Under the pieces are notes generated by a model that made no database searches, was not told the origin of the DNA, and was given only the letters and a program-made list of their open reading frames with translations. Below, piece by piece: positions 1 to 13,100 of a stretch of DNA of 64,000 nucleotides. The position numbers and the translations under genes were made by a program. Numbering within the stretch: the stretch's first letter is position 1; every line of letters starts with the position of its first letter. This stretch comes from the human T2T-CHM13v2.0 reference genome, Homo sapiens: NCBI RefSeq assembly GCF_009914755.1, contig NC_060939.1. One strand, 5' to 3'.

Positions 1-88
1 CACTGTACTCCAGCCCAGGTACAGAGAAAGGAAAGGAGAGGAGAGGAGAGGAGAAAAAAGGGGAGGGGATGGGAGGGGAGGGGAGGGA
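1..88 (+). repeat. Alu 3' end with purine-rich (GA/GGGA) expanded tail
   Basis: cactgtactccagccc is the Alu right-arm end, followed by gagag/gggga repeats. Confidence 0.65.
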
Positions 89-113
89 CAAATAATGATA
101 AAAAGAAAAATTC

Positions 114-333
114 AAGACGATACTTTCAAGAATCATGATCATTCTATACAGTTCATTACTAGAAAAGTTTCTCTAAACATGTAGAGCGCTGGAAGCCATG
201 AGGAGGAGTCTCAGTGTTGTTGCCTGAGCATGAAGCAGACTCTTGTTGCTTCACTGCAACCACCATGTACCATTGATGATGGTTCTTCTCTTCCTCCAGG
301 AGAGTAAGAGGGAAAGAATTCAGTCTGAGTGGT
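114..333 (+). pseudogene. U3 snoRNA (SNORD3-type) retrocopy/pseudogene
   Basis: Starts AAGACgATACTTTCA and ends GTCTGAGTGGT like human U3. Recognisable box C' (gaggagga 200-207), box B (gagcatgaagc 226-236), box C (TGATGA 274-279) and box D (CTGA 325-328). Heavily diverged, followed by an A-rich tail, with aaaagaaaa(a)attca on both sides. Confidence 0.92.
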
Positions 334-361
334 TTCCCTTCTTGTTAAAAAAGAAAAAAAA

Positions 362-985
362 ATTCACCAGGAAGTTATAACTATTTAAAACACGTATGTA
401 TTTAATAAATAGCTTCAAAGTATATAAAGTAAAAAATTGACAGAATTACAAAAAGAAATTGAAAAAGCCATAAACATGATAGAAGATTTTAACACACTTT
501 TCTCAGTAATTCAGGAAAATAAAAATTAGGTAAAATGTAGAAGATGTGAACAACCCAATAATTAGAGTATATGCTTTACAAACACACAATTGTAACCAAA
601 AAAAGTGTCACAAAGCAAACTTCTATACATATCAAAATATAAGCATCAAAAAACTCAAAAACAAAAACAAAAAAGACCCACGTTCTCTGATTATTAGTTT
701 GAACTTGATAACAATAACAAAATCCTATACATGAAGAAACACTTCAAAAAAATGAATATTCAAATAAATACTAAGAGTACAGAAAGGTACACAACATCAT
801 TCCAAATCAGGGAAATGCAAATTAAAACCAAAGTAATATCTTAATACTAGTACATACCCCCAAGAATGACTAACATTAAAAAGAGTGACATTACAAGGGT
901 GGGCAAGGTTGTGGAAGAATTCTTCCCCTCATGTATTGCTGGCATGAGTGTAATTGATACAATGATTTTGGAAAACTGTTTGGCA
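362..985 (+). mobile_element. Old L1M fragments (ORF2 endonuclease region, then 3' region)
   Basis: aattcaccaggaagttataac...gattttaacacacttttctcagtaatt resembles L1 ORF2 5' end. agggaaatgcaaattaaaacc is typical of the L1 3' part. Confidence 0.75.
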
Positions 986-989
986 AGAC

Positions 990-1307
990 CATAGTTCCCT
1001 ACCCATGGTTTTGTTTTCCACAGTTTCAGCTATCTATAGTCAGCCACAGTTTGAAAATGTTAAGATATTTTGACAGAGACAGAGAGAGGCCATATTTACA
1101 TAACTTTTATTACAGTATATTGTTATAATTGTTCTACTATTAGGTATTGTTGTTAATATCTTACTATGCCTAATTTATAAATTAAACTTTTTCATAGGAC
1201 TGTATGGGAAGAAACATAGTGTATATAGAGTTCAGTACTATCTGAGGTTCCAGGTATCTATTAGGGGTCTTGGAACATGTTCTCTATGGATAAAGGGGGA
1301 CCAGTGT
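990..1307 (+). mobile_element. MER44A-like (Tigger7-derived) DNA transposon MITE
   Basis: Degenerate terminal inverted repeats (tagttccct.../...ggataaagggggaccagtg) and the internal diagnostic acataacttttattacagtatattgttataattgttcta. Confidence 0.8.
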
Positions 1308-2570
1308 ATTATTAAAGCTACATACATGCCTATCATTTAGCCCAACAATTCCACTCTTAAGTATTTACCTAAGAGAAATGAGTGCATATTTTCACTATAA
1401 AGCTTGTATAAGAATGTTTGTGACAGCTTTATTTATAACAGCTCCAAACAGGAAACAATTCGAATGTCCATTAACAGGAGAATGGATGAATTTTGTTATA
1501 TTTAAATAATGGAATATTATAGGGCAATAAAAAAGAATGACTTACTGGTACACAGAACAACACTGCTGAATCTCACAAATGTTATGTTGAGCAAAAGAAG
1601 CTAAACGCTTTACACACACACTATTTGATTCCATTTATAAGAATTTTAGGAAGAGACAAAACTATCTACAGTGATAGAATTCAGCATAGTAGGAGGTAAG
1701 GTACTAATTGAGAAAGGTGCAAAAAAAAAAAAAAAAACCTTAAAAATAATGCCACATTTTCTGTGGTATGAACACTTAACATGAGATCTTTCCTCTAAAA
1801 TTTTCAAGAGTGCAATACAGTATTATTTTTGTTAACTATAGATACAATGTTTTACAGCAGATCTCTAGAACGTACTCATCTTGCTTAACTGGAACTCTCA
1901 GCCCATGGATTAGCAACTCCACCACCTTCTCCTCTGCCCTACACCCTGGCAACCACCATTCTACTCTTCGATTCTATAAATTTTACTATTTTAGGTACCT
2001 CATGTAACTGGACTCACGCAGCATGTATCCTTCTGTGACTGGCTTATTTCACTTAGCATAATGTGGGAATGCAAAATGGCACAGCTGCTAAGGAAAACAG
2101 TATGGAATTTCCTCAAAAGATTAAAAATATATCTTCCATATGATCAAACAATCTCATTTCTGGGTATATATCCAAAAGAATTGAAATGAGGATCTCAAAG
2201 AGATATCTGCACTCCCTTGTTCATTGAAGCATTATTCATAATCGCTAAGATACATAAACAACCTAAATGTCCATCAGCAGATAAATGGATAAAGAAAATG
2301 TGGTATATGCATGTAATGGAATATTATCCTGCCTTTAAAAAGAAGTAAATTCTGCAACATGTGACACCATGGATAAACCTTCAGGATATTATGCTAAGGA
2401 ACCTTCTGAGTAGTAGAAATGTTCTAAGTCTTTATCTGTTTGGTAGATGGCTCTCTGTATCTATGTATTTGTCTATATAATGTATTATCATAACGTATAA
2501 TATATGTAAAAATGTATCGGGTTGTACACTTAAGCTTGATGCTCTTTCCTTACATATGTTATGCCTTTAT
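1308..2570 (+). mobile_element. L1ME-type 3' end interrupted by a 5'-inverted L1MA element (1757-2398)
   Basis: L1ME 3' motifs (cccaacaattccactcttaagtatttacctaagagaaatg). An antisense L1MA 3' end (1757-2062) is joined to a sense upstream L1 piece (2064-2398), and the host resumes at aaccttctgagtag. Confidence 0.75.
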
Positions 2571-2599
2571 TTAAAAGAATATGAAGAAGTCATAAATTT

Positions 2600-5000
2600 G
2601 AAAATTAAAGAAATTGAACCAGCTATTTAAAATTTGCTTATGCAGAAAAACAGGTTCAGGCAAAATTCTACCAAAGAAAAATACACTTCAATTATTATGC
2701 AAAACAGTAGTTCTTCAGTGTATTTTATGGGTCTAATATCATTTTAGTACCTAAACTAGATTAGAAGAGTATGAGAAGGGAAATTATGGGCCTGTTTTAT
2801 TGATTAACATAGATGGAAAATGTCTAAATAAAATTTTAGCATATTAAATGCAGTGGAGGAAAAAAGACACTATAAACAACTTGAGTCTATCCCCAGAAGT
2901 GTAAGGATGATTTAACTTTTGAAAATTAATATATTTCACCATATTAACAAAATAAAGTTCCAGAAATCTGCATAAAAGTCTTCTTGAGTTTTTCGCTATA
3001 TACCATTTTGTTTATCTATATAGGATGATAATTCATGAGGCTAGGCAAAGAGCAACTACAAGGAAGTTGTAAGCTGAACAATTCACAGAGCCCCCAAAAG
3101 GCTGGGAGACCACAGAGTTCTGGCTAGTCACAGTGGAGAGGACTTTTTGAACACCTAGGTCATTCAGTAGAGTCTGCAGAAAGATCATTCCTTAGCAGTA
3201 GGGCTAAGTTAGCGTCAGATTAAGGGATGCTCTAGACCTACCCTAACAAAGCTAAAAACCAAGACTCAAGAGGATCAAGCTGGTCTACAAGTAACTAATG
3301 ACCTGCAAAAATAAGCACACTATTCTTTAAAGAAAAACATAAAAATTCAGATGTTCAATGGTAGAACACTCACAATATCTAGCAACCAATAAAAAAAAAA
3401 ACTAGACACAAAAATAAACAGAAAAACATGGCACAAAGCCAAGAGAATATCAATTCAATAAAAAACAACTCAGCAATGACAGAGATGATGGCATTAGCAA
3501 ACAAGATCTTAAAAACAGCTTTATACGTATGTACAAGGATTTAAAGGAAAACATGAACATAATGAGACAATGAAAGATTTTTAAAGTAGAAATTTCTAGG
3601 GCTGAAAAATGCAATTTCTGAAATGAGAAATTCACTAGATGAACTTAATAACTGATTATACACTCTAGAAAAAAACATCGGTAAGCTTGAAAAGGTAGAA
3701 AAGAAATTATCGAAACTAAAGCACAGAGTAAAAAAAGTTGAAAAATTTAAACAGAACTTCAATAACTTGTGAGACAATTTTAAGTGTTCTAACATATGAT
3801 TAATTGGAGATCCCAAAGAGGAGAAAGTGGGAAAGCAGAAAAAAAAAACTCATGAACATTTTCCAAATTTGATGAAAATTGTAAACTTTCAGATAAAAAA
3901 AAGCCCAATAAATCCAAAGTGGAATGAAAAAAAAATTACACCAAGGCATATTATGATGATAAACTGAGACCTGTCCTACATTAATGATTGTTTTTATGAT
4001 ACTACTCTGGACTTAAAATTAGGGCCAGATGTCCACAAAAACTCTTGTACACAAATGTTCATAGAAGCTTTATTCTTTTTCTTTTCCCTTCCTTCCTTCC
4101 TTCTTTTCTTTTTTTCTTTTCTTTCCTTCCTTCCTTCCATCTTCCTCCCTTCCCTTACCTTCCCTCCCGTCCCCCCCTTCCCTCCCCCTCCCCTCTCCCC
4201 TCCCCTCCCCTCCCCTCCCCTCCCCTCCCCTTCCCTTCCCTTCCCTTCCCTTCCTTTCTTTCGTTTTTCCTTTTTTTGTTTTTAAGACAGGGTCTCATTC
4301 TGCCACTCAGGCTGGAGTGCAGTGTCACATTCTCGGTTCACTGCAATGTCCACATCCCAGACTCAAAAGAACTTCCTGCCTCCGCATCCTGAGTAGTTGG
4401 GACTACAGGTGTGCACCACAACGTCCGGCTAATTTTTGCATTTTTTTTGTAGAGATAGGAGTCTTGCCATGTTTCCCAGGCTAGTCTCAAACTCCTAGAC
4501 TCAAGTGATCTGCCTGCCTTGGCCTCCTAAATACTGGGATTTAAATGTGTGTGCCACCGCACCTGGCCAGAAGCTTTATTCTTAATAGCCCTAAACTAAA
4601 AACAATCAAATTTGCATCAACAATTAAATGGATAAACAAATAGTATTTTGGATACTATTCAGTAGTGAATAGTACTCAGAAATAAGAAAGAATGAACTCA
4701 TTCATTGACAATGGGTAAATCTAAAAAATATTTTGCTAAGCAAAGAAGCCAGAAACAAGAGAATAAACACTGTATGATTCCACTTATATGAAATTACAGA
4801 GGAGACAAAACAAATCCAAAATGGCAAAAAGAAGACCAGTGTTTTTCTGTGGCTGGGGTGGAGGTTGGGACTGCCTACAAATAAGCATGAAAGAATTGTT
4901 CTGTATGTCTTGATTAAAGTGGTGATTATATTGGTATATACCTTTGTCAAAACTCATCAAAATGTACACTTAAAATTTTATTGTATAAAAATTATACTCC
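2600..5000 (+). mobile_element. Degenerate L1M pieces (ORF2, 5'UTR/ORF1, 3' end)
   Basis: A-rich sense strand, ORF1-like gaaatgagaaattcactagatgaacttaataactgatta, and 3' end motif atactgtatgattccacttatatgaa. Confidence 0.65.
4078..4568 (-). mobile_element. AluJ-like element with ~200 nt expanded polypyrimidine tail
   Basis: Alu body 4284-4568. Exact 15-bp TSD agaagctttattctt at 4063-4077 and 4569-4583. Confidence 0.92.
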
Positions 5001-5596
5001 AACAATGTTCATTTAAAATTTAAAAACATTACAAATTTTATAGCAACAGAAATATAAAGAAACTGTAAATTATTCAAACATGCAAACTCCTATGGAGAAA
5101 ATTATAATTTATTATTGAGGACATGTAGGAGGAAGACCTAAATAAATTTAAAAATATATTATGTTCATAGATAAGCAGACTAAATATCAGAAAAATGTCA
5201 ACTAGTTCGCAAATAAGCCAAAAATTCAAAGAGCAAAGGGCCAAATATACCCGGTAAAATCTTCAAGAATGATAATTATCTTTGAAGGCTGTTGGGAAAG
5301 ACTAGAAATGATGTGATAACTAAATGACAAAAGCTTAAAGACATTTATATACCATCACAAAAAATAATCTCATGGGTATTTTTAAGATAAAAAATAATTT
5401 GATTCTGTTTATTTAAAAAGCAACACCAGGAAATTAATATATTTGTCATGGTAAATTAGTATCGTCCCCATCAACTAATTAGGCTATTTTAACAGTAAGA
5501 CCAATTACAGTGATAAGTTCTTCATAAGAAAAAAGCATAATTTTTTTAAACACTAGTCAGAGTCCTGATGTGTTAGTCTTAAAGGTTTTCCCAACC

Positions 5597-5690
5597 TTTT
5601 TTTTTTTAAGACAGGGTCTCGCTCTGCTGCCCAGACTGGATTGCAGTGTTGCAATCACAGCCCACTGTATCCTCGACCTTCTCAGGGCAA
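5597..5690 (-). mobile_element. Truncated Alu/FLAM-type monomer
   Basis: poly-T followed by agacagggtctcgctctgctgcccagactggattgcagtg. Confidence 0.8.
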
Positions 5691-8577
5691 AAAGTTTTTT
5701 TAATCTTACAAGGTCAAATTGTCTTTAATTGGAGCATAAATATATTATGAGAAATCCAATTCATGTTGAAAGTGTTACTGTCAGTAAGATTTTATCTATT
5801 ACAAATGATATAATAAATATGAATAGGAATGGGAAAATAAAAAATAAAAAATGTTCACTTGGTAACATGAAGACATAGTATTTTTTTCCTCTTTATATTT
5901 CTGACATTCCTGTCATAATGTTGGTTCTACAACTTGTTTCAATTAGAGTCAATACAAGGCAAAGCTGATTTCATCAACTGTTGCTAACCATTTTCTAGCT
6001 TCTTAACCTAATATAATTTGATGACAGGTTCAGAGTAAATGAGGAAACTAATGCCTGCCTCTATCTTTCCTCTTTCCCAACATCTCACCACAGCCACCTG
6101 TTGCAGTCAGTGGAATTCCCACTGATAAGTACCTTAATCAGCTTTGAGCTCTCATATGCTCAGCATCAGTTATCAGTAATAGGGAATCACAGAAAATGAG
6201 ATCTGCACAATAATAAGTATTATCAGGAAAAAGTAAGACATTATCCTTTCTCTGAACCACAGCATGATGTCATAATTCATCTGAACCAGGAACACTTTCT
6301 TGCAGTGCCATCGTTGTGCCTTGGTAAGATAGATATGTTGAAGCTTGAGAAAGATTCAGTGGGGGTGTCACAGAATGATAATATGTGAAGATCTAAGAGT
6401 AGGCTCTACCTAATTTGCTATAAGGAATGTAGGTATTATCAAATAGATTAATTAATTAGGTAAGTGTATTGGAGGTAATATTCTGAAATAGTCTGCTTTT
6501 TTCTTTTACTTTTCTAAGTTCATGACCTCCTTTCTGATTGACCCAAGGAAACCCCTAGTAAGGAAGAAGTCAAGAGGTCAGGTGGTTGTAAAAGAGAATT
6601 AGGATAATTACAGAAGGATACAAAATGTACAGATCCTGACATTTTAAATGTAGTTTTGTATCAATGAAATATCAATTTGAAAATTTCCATAAAATAGTCT
6701 TATAATGGTCATAAAAAGCCATTTTCTTGAGAGAGGAATGTCTAGATTATTCTTTTTTCTCTTATTTTTTTCAAGAACCAAGCCTAGAGCACCTGCTCAA
6801 GTTATTTTCCCTTTTTCTCCCAGAGAATATTTCTTCTCCCTGTAAGGCTTAGGTAGAAGAAAGATACGACACAGTGAAAGGGAGCAATCTACTCCTTTTA
6901 GACCCAGGGTATTATGGAAGAAATTAGGAAGATGGAAAGAGTGGAGAAGGGGAAGGAAAGTACCTCAATGGTCCCTTTCTCCATACTTCATCCCCAACTT
7001 GGAGGTGACCCTTCAGAGAAAGTTGTCTTCTGGTATATATACAGATACATTGAAGAAAATACCAGAAGGAGAATGGTCCTATGCCAACATGAGATACTTA
7101 ACAAGCCAGAATGTGTAGCTGGCCACCAGATGGTTTATTTCGCTCTTCCGAGTCCCTCTAAGTTCCTAAGTGGCATGAATACAGTGGACGTTCCAAGGTC
7201 CATTCCGAACAGGATGGTGTGACTCCATGGCAAAGGCAGACCATCTGGCCTAGAGGCTGACTGGACAGAGCCTCGGGCAGTGGCAGTGCCTGAGGAGTCA
7301 GCAAGGGCTGAGAAAGGACATGCAGGTCAGAATGCACCACTGGGCGCCAATAAATCAGAGAGAACCCACCGTATGTATTATACCAGCTGTAGACTTCGGC
7401 CACCGAAAGCCAACACAGTGAGTGGCAGCCTAGATGGACAAGTGACAATGAAATAAAAAGCCTTACCCTCTACCCCTCCTACAAGAATTCAAAAGTTTCT
7501 TGAGATGTCATGTTGGAGAGGAGATGGTCAGAAGGGTGGGAGACCAAAATTTCTGAGAGATAAGCATTTTTTCTCTGGATATTAAGGACTATCTAATGAC
7601 CCCTATTGGCTCAGATTAAGAGAGAAACCAGAATGGACTTCAAGTTAGCATGACAAGAGCAAAAATAAGGAAACTGTATTTTCTCTGCCCATTTGAATTT
7701 TGTTCTTTCCCATTATTAGGATAAATCTAAAAATGATTGTTTGGAGAGAGTAAATGATATTAGTTTGCAAAATCATGCAGTCTTGGTAGAGGAAACAACT
7801 TTTTAATGAAAATTGCAATTCCAGAACTAGGAGGTACCCCTTAAAGTTTGGAAAACTTAGTTTGGAGATAAATAAGAGGAAAGGGTAATTTTATATAATC
7901 ATTACGTGAAGTTATGGTGAAGGCTGAAAGTACAATAATTGAAGAGAAGATTAGATAAATTAGCAGATGCTGTAAGTCTCAAATATGTTAGTAAAAACAA
8001 AACAAATGAACAAACAAACAAAACCTAAGGCCTTTGGAAGGCATGCTGTTTAAATAAGCATTATTTGTTACTACTGCAGAGATCAACTGAGTTAGCCATT
8101 GGTGTGATCCAGAATAAACCCAAAGCCACTAACCAGAGTAGTGGGTCTCATGTTTTGTGTATCTATATATATTATAGCATCATATATATGAATAAACATA
8201 TATCAATAAAAACAACATATAAAAAAGCTCTGATATACTATTGGTATATCATGGTAGGTTAGGGCAAGTTTGAAGAGGTTCCTTGGAGAAATAAGTGAAA
8301 AAATATTGAAAGAAGTAAAGTAAGTAGTTGCATAGAGAAAAGTGAGAAGATCTGAAAAGTAGATATTTGCAAGATGTATACAAGGGACAAATAGAAGTCT
8401 TTATAAAAGTGGTGGCAAGAAGAAGCAGCTGTTAAAGGATCATTATTGCACAATAACAACAACAAAACTTTTACATAGTGCTAGGTACTAGTCTCAGCAA
8501 TCTACATACATCAATTCATTTGAGCCCCTCCAAAGCCCTTCGAGGTAGCTACTGTTATTCCTGGTATACCTGCTTTA

Positions 8578-8898
<321 letters not shown>

Positions 8899-9445
8899 TT
8901 ATAAAATTTGCCCACAGTCATGCATCAGTGCCAGGATTCCAGCACAGGCTCACTAGCTCCTGAGTACATGTTATTTTTGTAACTTCTACAATTTTATACC
9001 ATTCTAAAAATCAAAAAGAATTTAGATATTCAAGCAATAAACAATTTGGATTTGGGGCAATAGCACTTACAACCAGTTTTTGAAAACTTTATGCCCAAAT
9101 GTAAAAGTAATTTCATTTTTTCCTGTTGAGATAAATAAGCACTAAAATTCCATTTTGACCTAAATTAATAAGAAGGAATTCCATTTTAGGAATTTATATC
9201 AAAGATATAGAACACATATGCATGAAGACATATATACGAGCATATTTATTATAGTGTTTGTGTTCATAAAACACAAAATATCAATCTAAATGTTTAGCAA
9301 TAGAAGACCAATTAAATAAATTATGTTTTATGCACAATGAAATAGATTACCTCTTTCAAAAGAATGGATAGAAATCTATAGATGTTGATGGATGGAAGGA
9401 TCTCCAACATATATCCTTAACTGCAAAAAGCATGGAGCAGAAGCG

Positions 9446-9885
9446 TGTATAGCAGATGTCTTCCAGTTGCTTACCGTTTCTCTGCTCTGTTCTTTGCTGG
9501 TGGAGACCAACCTATATGGACTATACCACTGGGCTTCTAGATCCCATGGCTGCTGGTTGGATTTGGCCACTGGGAACCCCTGCATGACACCAGAGGAGAG
9601 GAGCATGAGGTCACAGCATTCATTCCCTTTTGGCCTTAGGCTAACTGTATCACTACTCTTCTCCTACATGACTTCTTCCTTCCAAGTTCAGGTAACAATA
9701 GCCATCACATTCCTCATTTCTTTGAGCCTATAGATGTGACAGCTCCACTGATACTACCTTGGGTTACTAAACTATCTCCTTGTGGTTCCCCTATATTCAT
9801 ATGTTCGCTGATAATTTCTTTATTTGTAAACTGTTCTCCAATTTTCCAAGTTTGAATGTTCTTTCTGCTTCCTATTATGACCCAG
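9446..9885. mobile_element. ERVL solo LTR (LTR33-like)
   Basis: ggttggatttggccactgggaacccctgc...gaggagaggagcatgaggtc...cattcattccc resembles the LTR33 family core as recalled. It interrupts L1ME sequence. Confidence 0.55.
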
Positions 9886-9915
9886 TTATGCTACTATGTT
9901 AATACGAAAAAGAAT

Positions 9916-10170
9916 GACCAAGTGTGGTGGCTCATGCTGGTAATCCTAGCATTTTGGGGGGCCAAGGTGGAGGACTGAGACCAGCCTGGACAACACAGGG
10001 ACACCCTGTCTCTACAAAAAAAAAAAAATTAAAAAATTAGCTGGATGTGGTGGCCTGTCATCCCAGCTACTCCAGAGGAGTGAGGAGTGATCACTGCACT
10101 CCATCCTGGGGAACAGAGCGAGAGCCTATCTCAAAAAAAAAAAAAAAAGAAAAAAAGAAAAGAAAAAAGA
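9916..10170 (+). mobile_element. AluJ with internal deletions
   Basis: Alu arms with missing segments, an A/GA-rich tail and TSD-like gaaaa(a)gaatg. Confidence 0.85.
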
Positions 10171-13100
10171 AAAAGAATGGTGGATATATAGAAATAGACA
10201 CTCAAATATTCAGATAATACACTTAGAATGGTGTGCTGAAAATGCTAACAATAACTGTCAGGGAGAGGAAATCCACTGGGGGCTGGGAATGGAAGGCTTA
10301 TCTTCATTGTATATCTTTTTGTATTGTTTGAGTTTCTTACCATGTCAATATATTAGCCATTAAGGAAAATAATAAAATAAAATGTTGTAAAAATAATCCA
10401 AACTTTACCTTCAAGACAGGAAAAAATTTAATGCAGAAACTGTGTCATAAAGCCCAAAGTCTAGTTTAGAGAATATATGTAGATGAGAATTTAGTGCCTG
10501 TAAGGTCCATGAAATTGAGTTGCACATGACTAGACATATGTTCTACTCAAATATTATTTTTCAGATATCTTATAGGATCTAATATGTATAGCACTATACA
10601 TATTAACATATATTCTGTATTTTGTAATTATTTGTCATTGTTACTATTTTTATTTAGGTTTAAATTACAAATATGATTCACAGGCTAGTCACAATCTTCA
10701 TTTGGACTAAATGTGACAAGTATTCAAGTTTACCTTTGGCTTTATGAAGTGAATCTCACTAGCGATAATGAGTGAATTACCTTTCCATTACATCTTGAAT
10801 CAACAGTTTTGCAAGCAATGAATGCAAAAATTAAGTTGTCTTTTTTTGGCAACAATTTAGCAAAGGCATATGTTCCGAAGTCAAATGACTTCGCTTCAAG
10901 TTGAAATTAAGAAATGTTTTGAAGCATACTCTTTTGATAATAATTTGCTTCAAAATAAGCATCATGCTTCTTTTTAATGCGACCCACATCCTTAACATGT
11001 GACTCAACAATATGGTAAATGAAAAAACAAAGTGCTCTCAAAAACAGCCTCCAAATACATTCCAGTTCATGGGATTTGGGTGCCTGTGTTTCTTTGTTAT
11101 TTAGGTCCCCACTTTATAGCTGTCTATGCAGACCCCACCATTTTCTTCTTTGTTGCAATGATGACAAACGCTCTGAGAAAGAGGAGCTGGGCCTCTGCCA
11201 AGAACCTACTCTCCACTTCAGTATGTTTCAGCTTTCAAGACCTGATTGTTTTCTCCTTTCTCCCAGGGACTACTAGTTACCTCATTACCAGGAAGAATGA
11301 CCCTTTGACAGCACAACTGCAATCCAGAATCTCCACCAAATTGTAACCTTAGAGATGCCGATGGCATCAAAAAACGAATCAAGATCGGAAGGTCAGAAAG
11401 ACAAATGCATTAGTACATCTATAGCCTACAAGTTATTTGGCAGTTTTCTTGGCTTGCAAAAACCCATTTATAAAGTTTCTTTTGACGTATTTATTGCCTT
11501 TTTGCTTACAATCTTTAGACTGCCAGGATTCTTAATGTATAGGGGATTCCAGTGTTTGAGATTACTGCCTGGATTTGCAATCCATTTCATAAAATGTTGA
11601 ACAAGAAACAACAGCTTCCTCCCTCTTCAAACAATCAGTATTACTATCTTACTCAGTTTTTACTACAGCAGAATACCAGTGAGATCAGCCATTTACTAAA
11701 AAATATTTCATAAAACAGCTCAAACTAAAAATGAAGTCAGATAAAAAGTAAACTAAAATAAATGGTGAGCTTGCTATTTAAGCTGCTTAACAACTTGAAT
11801 TAATCTAACTTTAAACTTCCTCTTGCTATTATCTTAAGTTGATTGAATGTACTAGTTAGAGTTTTCTAAGATCCAGATAGACCAGTAACTAATTGCTTAA
11901 TTTCTTCAAAGCAACTTGAACTTTTAATAAATAATCATAATAAGTTACAGCAACCATTTATTCTCTGCTATATGCTAGATATTTTACTTGACTTATTTTT
12001 AATCTTTACTGTAACACATCTAGGCAAAATATTAATATACCTATTTTACAAAAAAGGAAACACACTCAGCAATTTTTAGGGACCCAGGAGCCAGAATTCC
12101 ATTTCTTCCAATTTCCTTCAATGTGTTCACGATGTATCAAGTAACTCGTTCATTTAGTCAAGCAACCATTTTAGCTGATTTAGTCACTGATTCAACTAAT
12201 AACATTTACTCATTGTCTTAGATTTGGGAGGCATAGCTTGATAGCTGCAAGGATTATGTTAAATGTCAGTGAAATAATGGAATGTGGATTGGCTCATTTC
12301 ATCTTAAAGATCCTGCTCACAGGGCACCAAACATTAAACTAGTTTTAATAATTAAATTGATAGACATTTCCTGGAGCAAGAAGCTGTGGCTACATTCTGT
12401 AAGTTTGTTGGGTAATACAAAACATTGTGTGGGTGTGCAAAAATCAAGCACACACTGCTAATGAAATCATTATGATCAAGGCTGAAGAGGCTTCACAAAA
12501 GAAAAACAAAGCGTCGTTGAGTTACTGATCTGTCCAAGAACAGGATTGAACCAAAGTGGGGTGACCATTCTGTGACCTTACTTACTGTACCTTTTGTTGA
12601 CCACGAGTAGATAGACCAAAAAGCTACCCTGTGTTGAAGATGACATTCCTTGTCCCCATTTCCTAATGGCAAAATTTTTCACTCAAGTCATAGAACAAGA
12701 AGTCTAATGTTACCATTTAGGAATGGCATATCTCTTTAAGCCCTTCTCAGTGGCTTTTATGGCAATGAAGAAACCAAACAGCACATTTTCCTTGCCATCT
12801 TACACGCTGTTTTTAGTCTTTATCTGGCAGCATGCCTAGAGTATAAGGGTTTGTCTCTAGATAGATCTTTAAGTCTTTCTCCTTGCCATTTACCATCACT
12901 CAAATACTCTCATTATCAGTGGATATCTTAAACTCTGGGTTACACCTCCTTTTTATTCTACTTCCAGAAGTAGAGCTTCTAAAACTGGTGCTTCTATTAA
13001 TTATACCACTCAGCTGATCATTTGTCTGTCCCTAAAGACGGAGTTGAAAAGACAACAATTTCGGAAAGAAAAGGAAAGGTAAATAATCCAAAGATAGTTT

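Noticed and set aside
4045-4392. 115-aa Pro/Ser/Phe-rich ORF
   Set aside because: It is the translation of an Alu and its expanded pyrimidine tail.
6567-6580. DR2-like AAGTCA-ag-AGGTCA
   Set aside because: Imperfect, isolated and in repeat-rich intergenic DNA, so expected by chance. Alu-internal AGGTCA repeats were ignored for the same reason.
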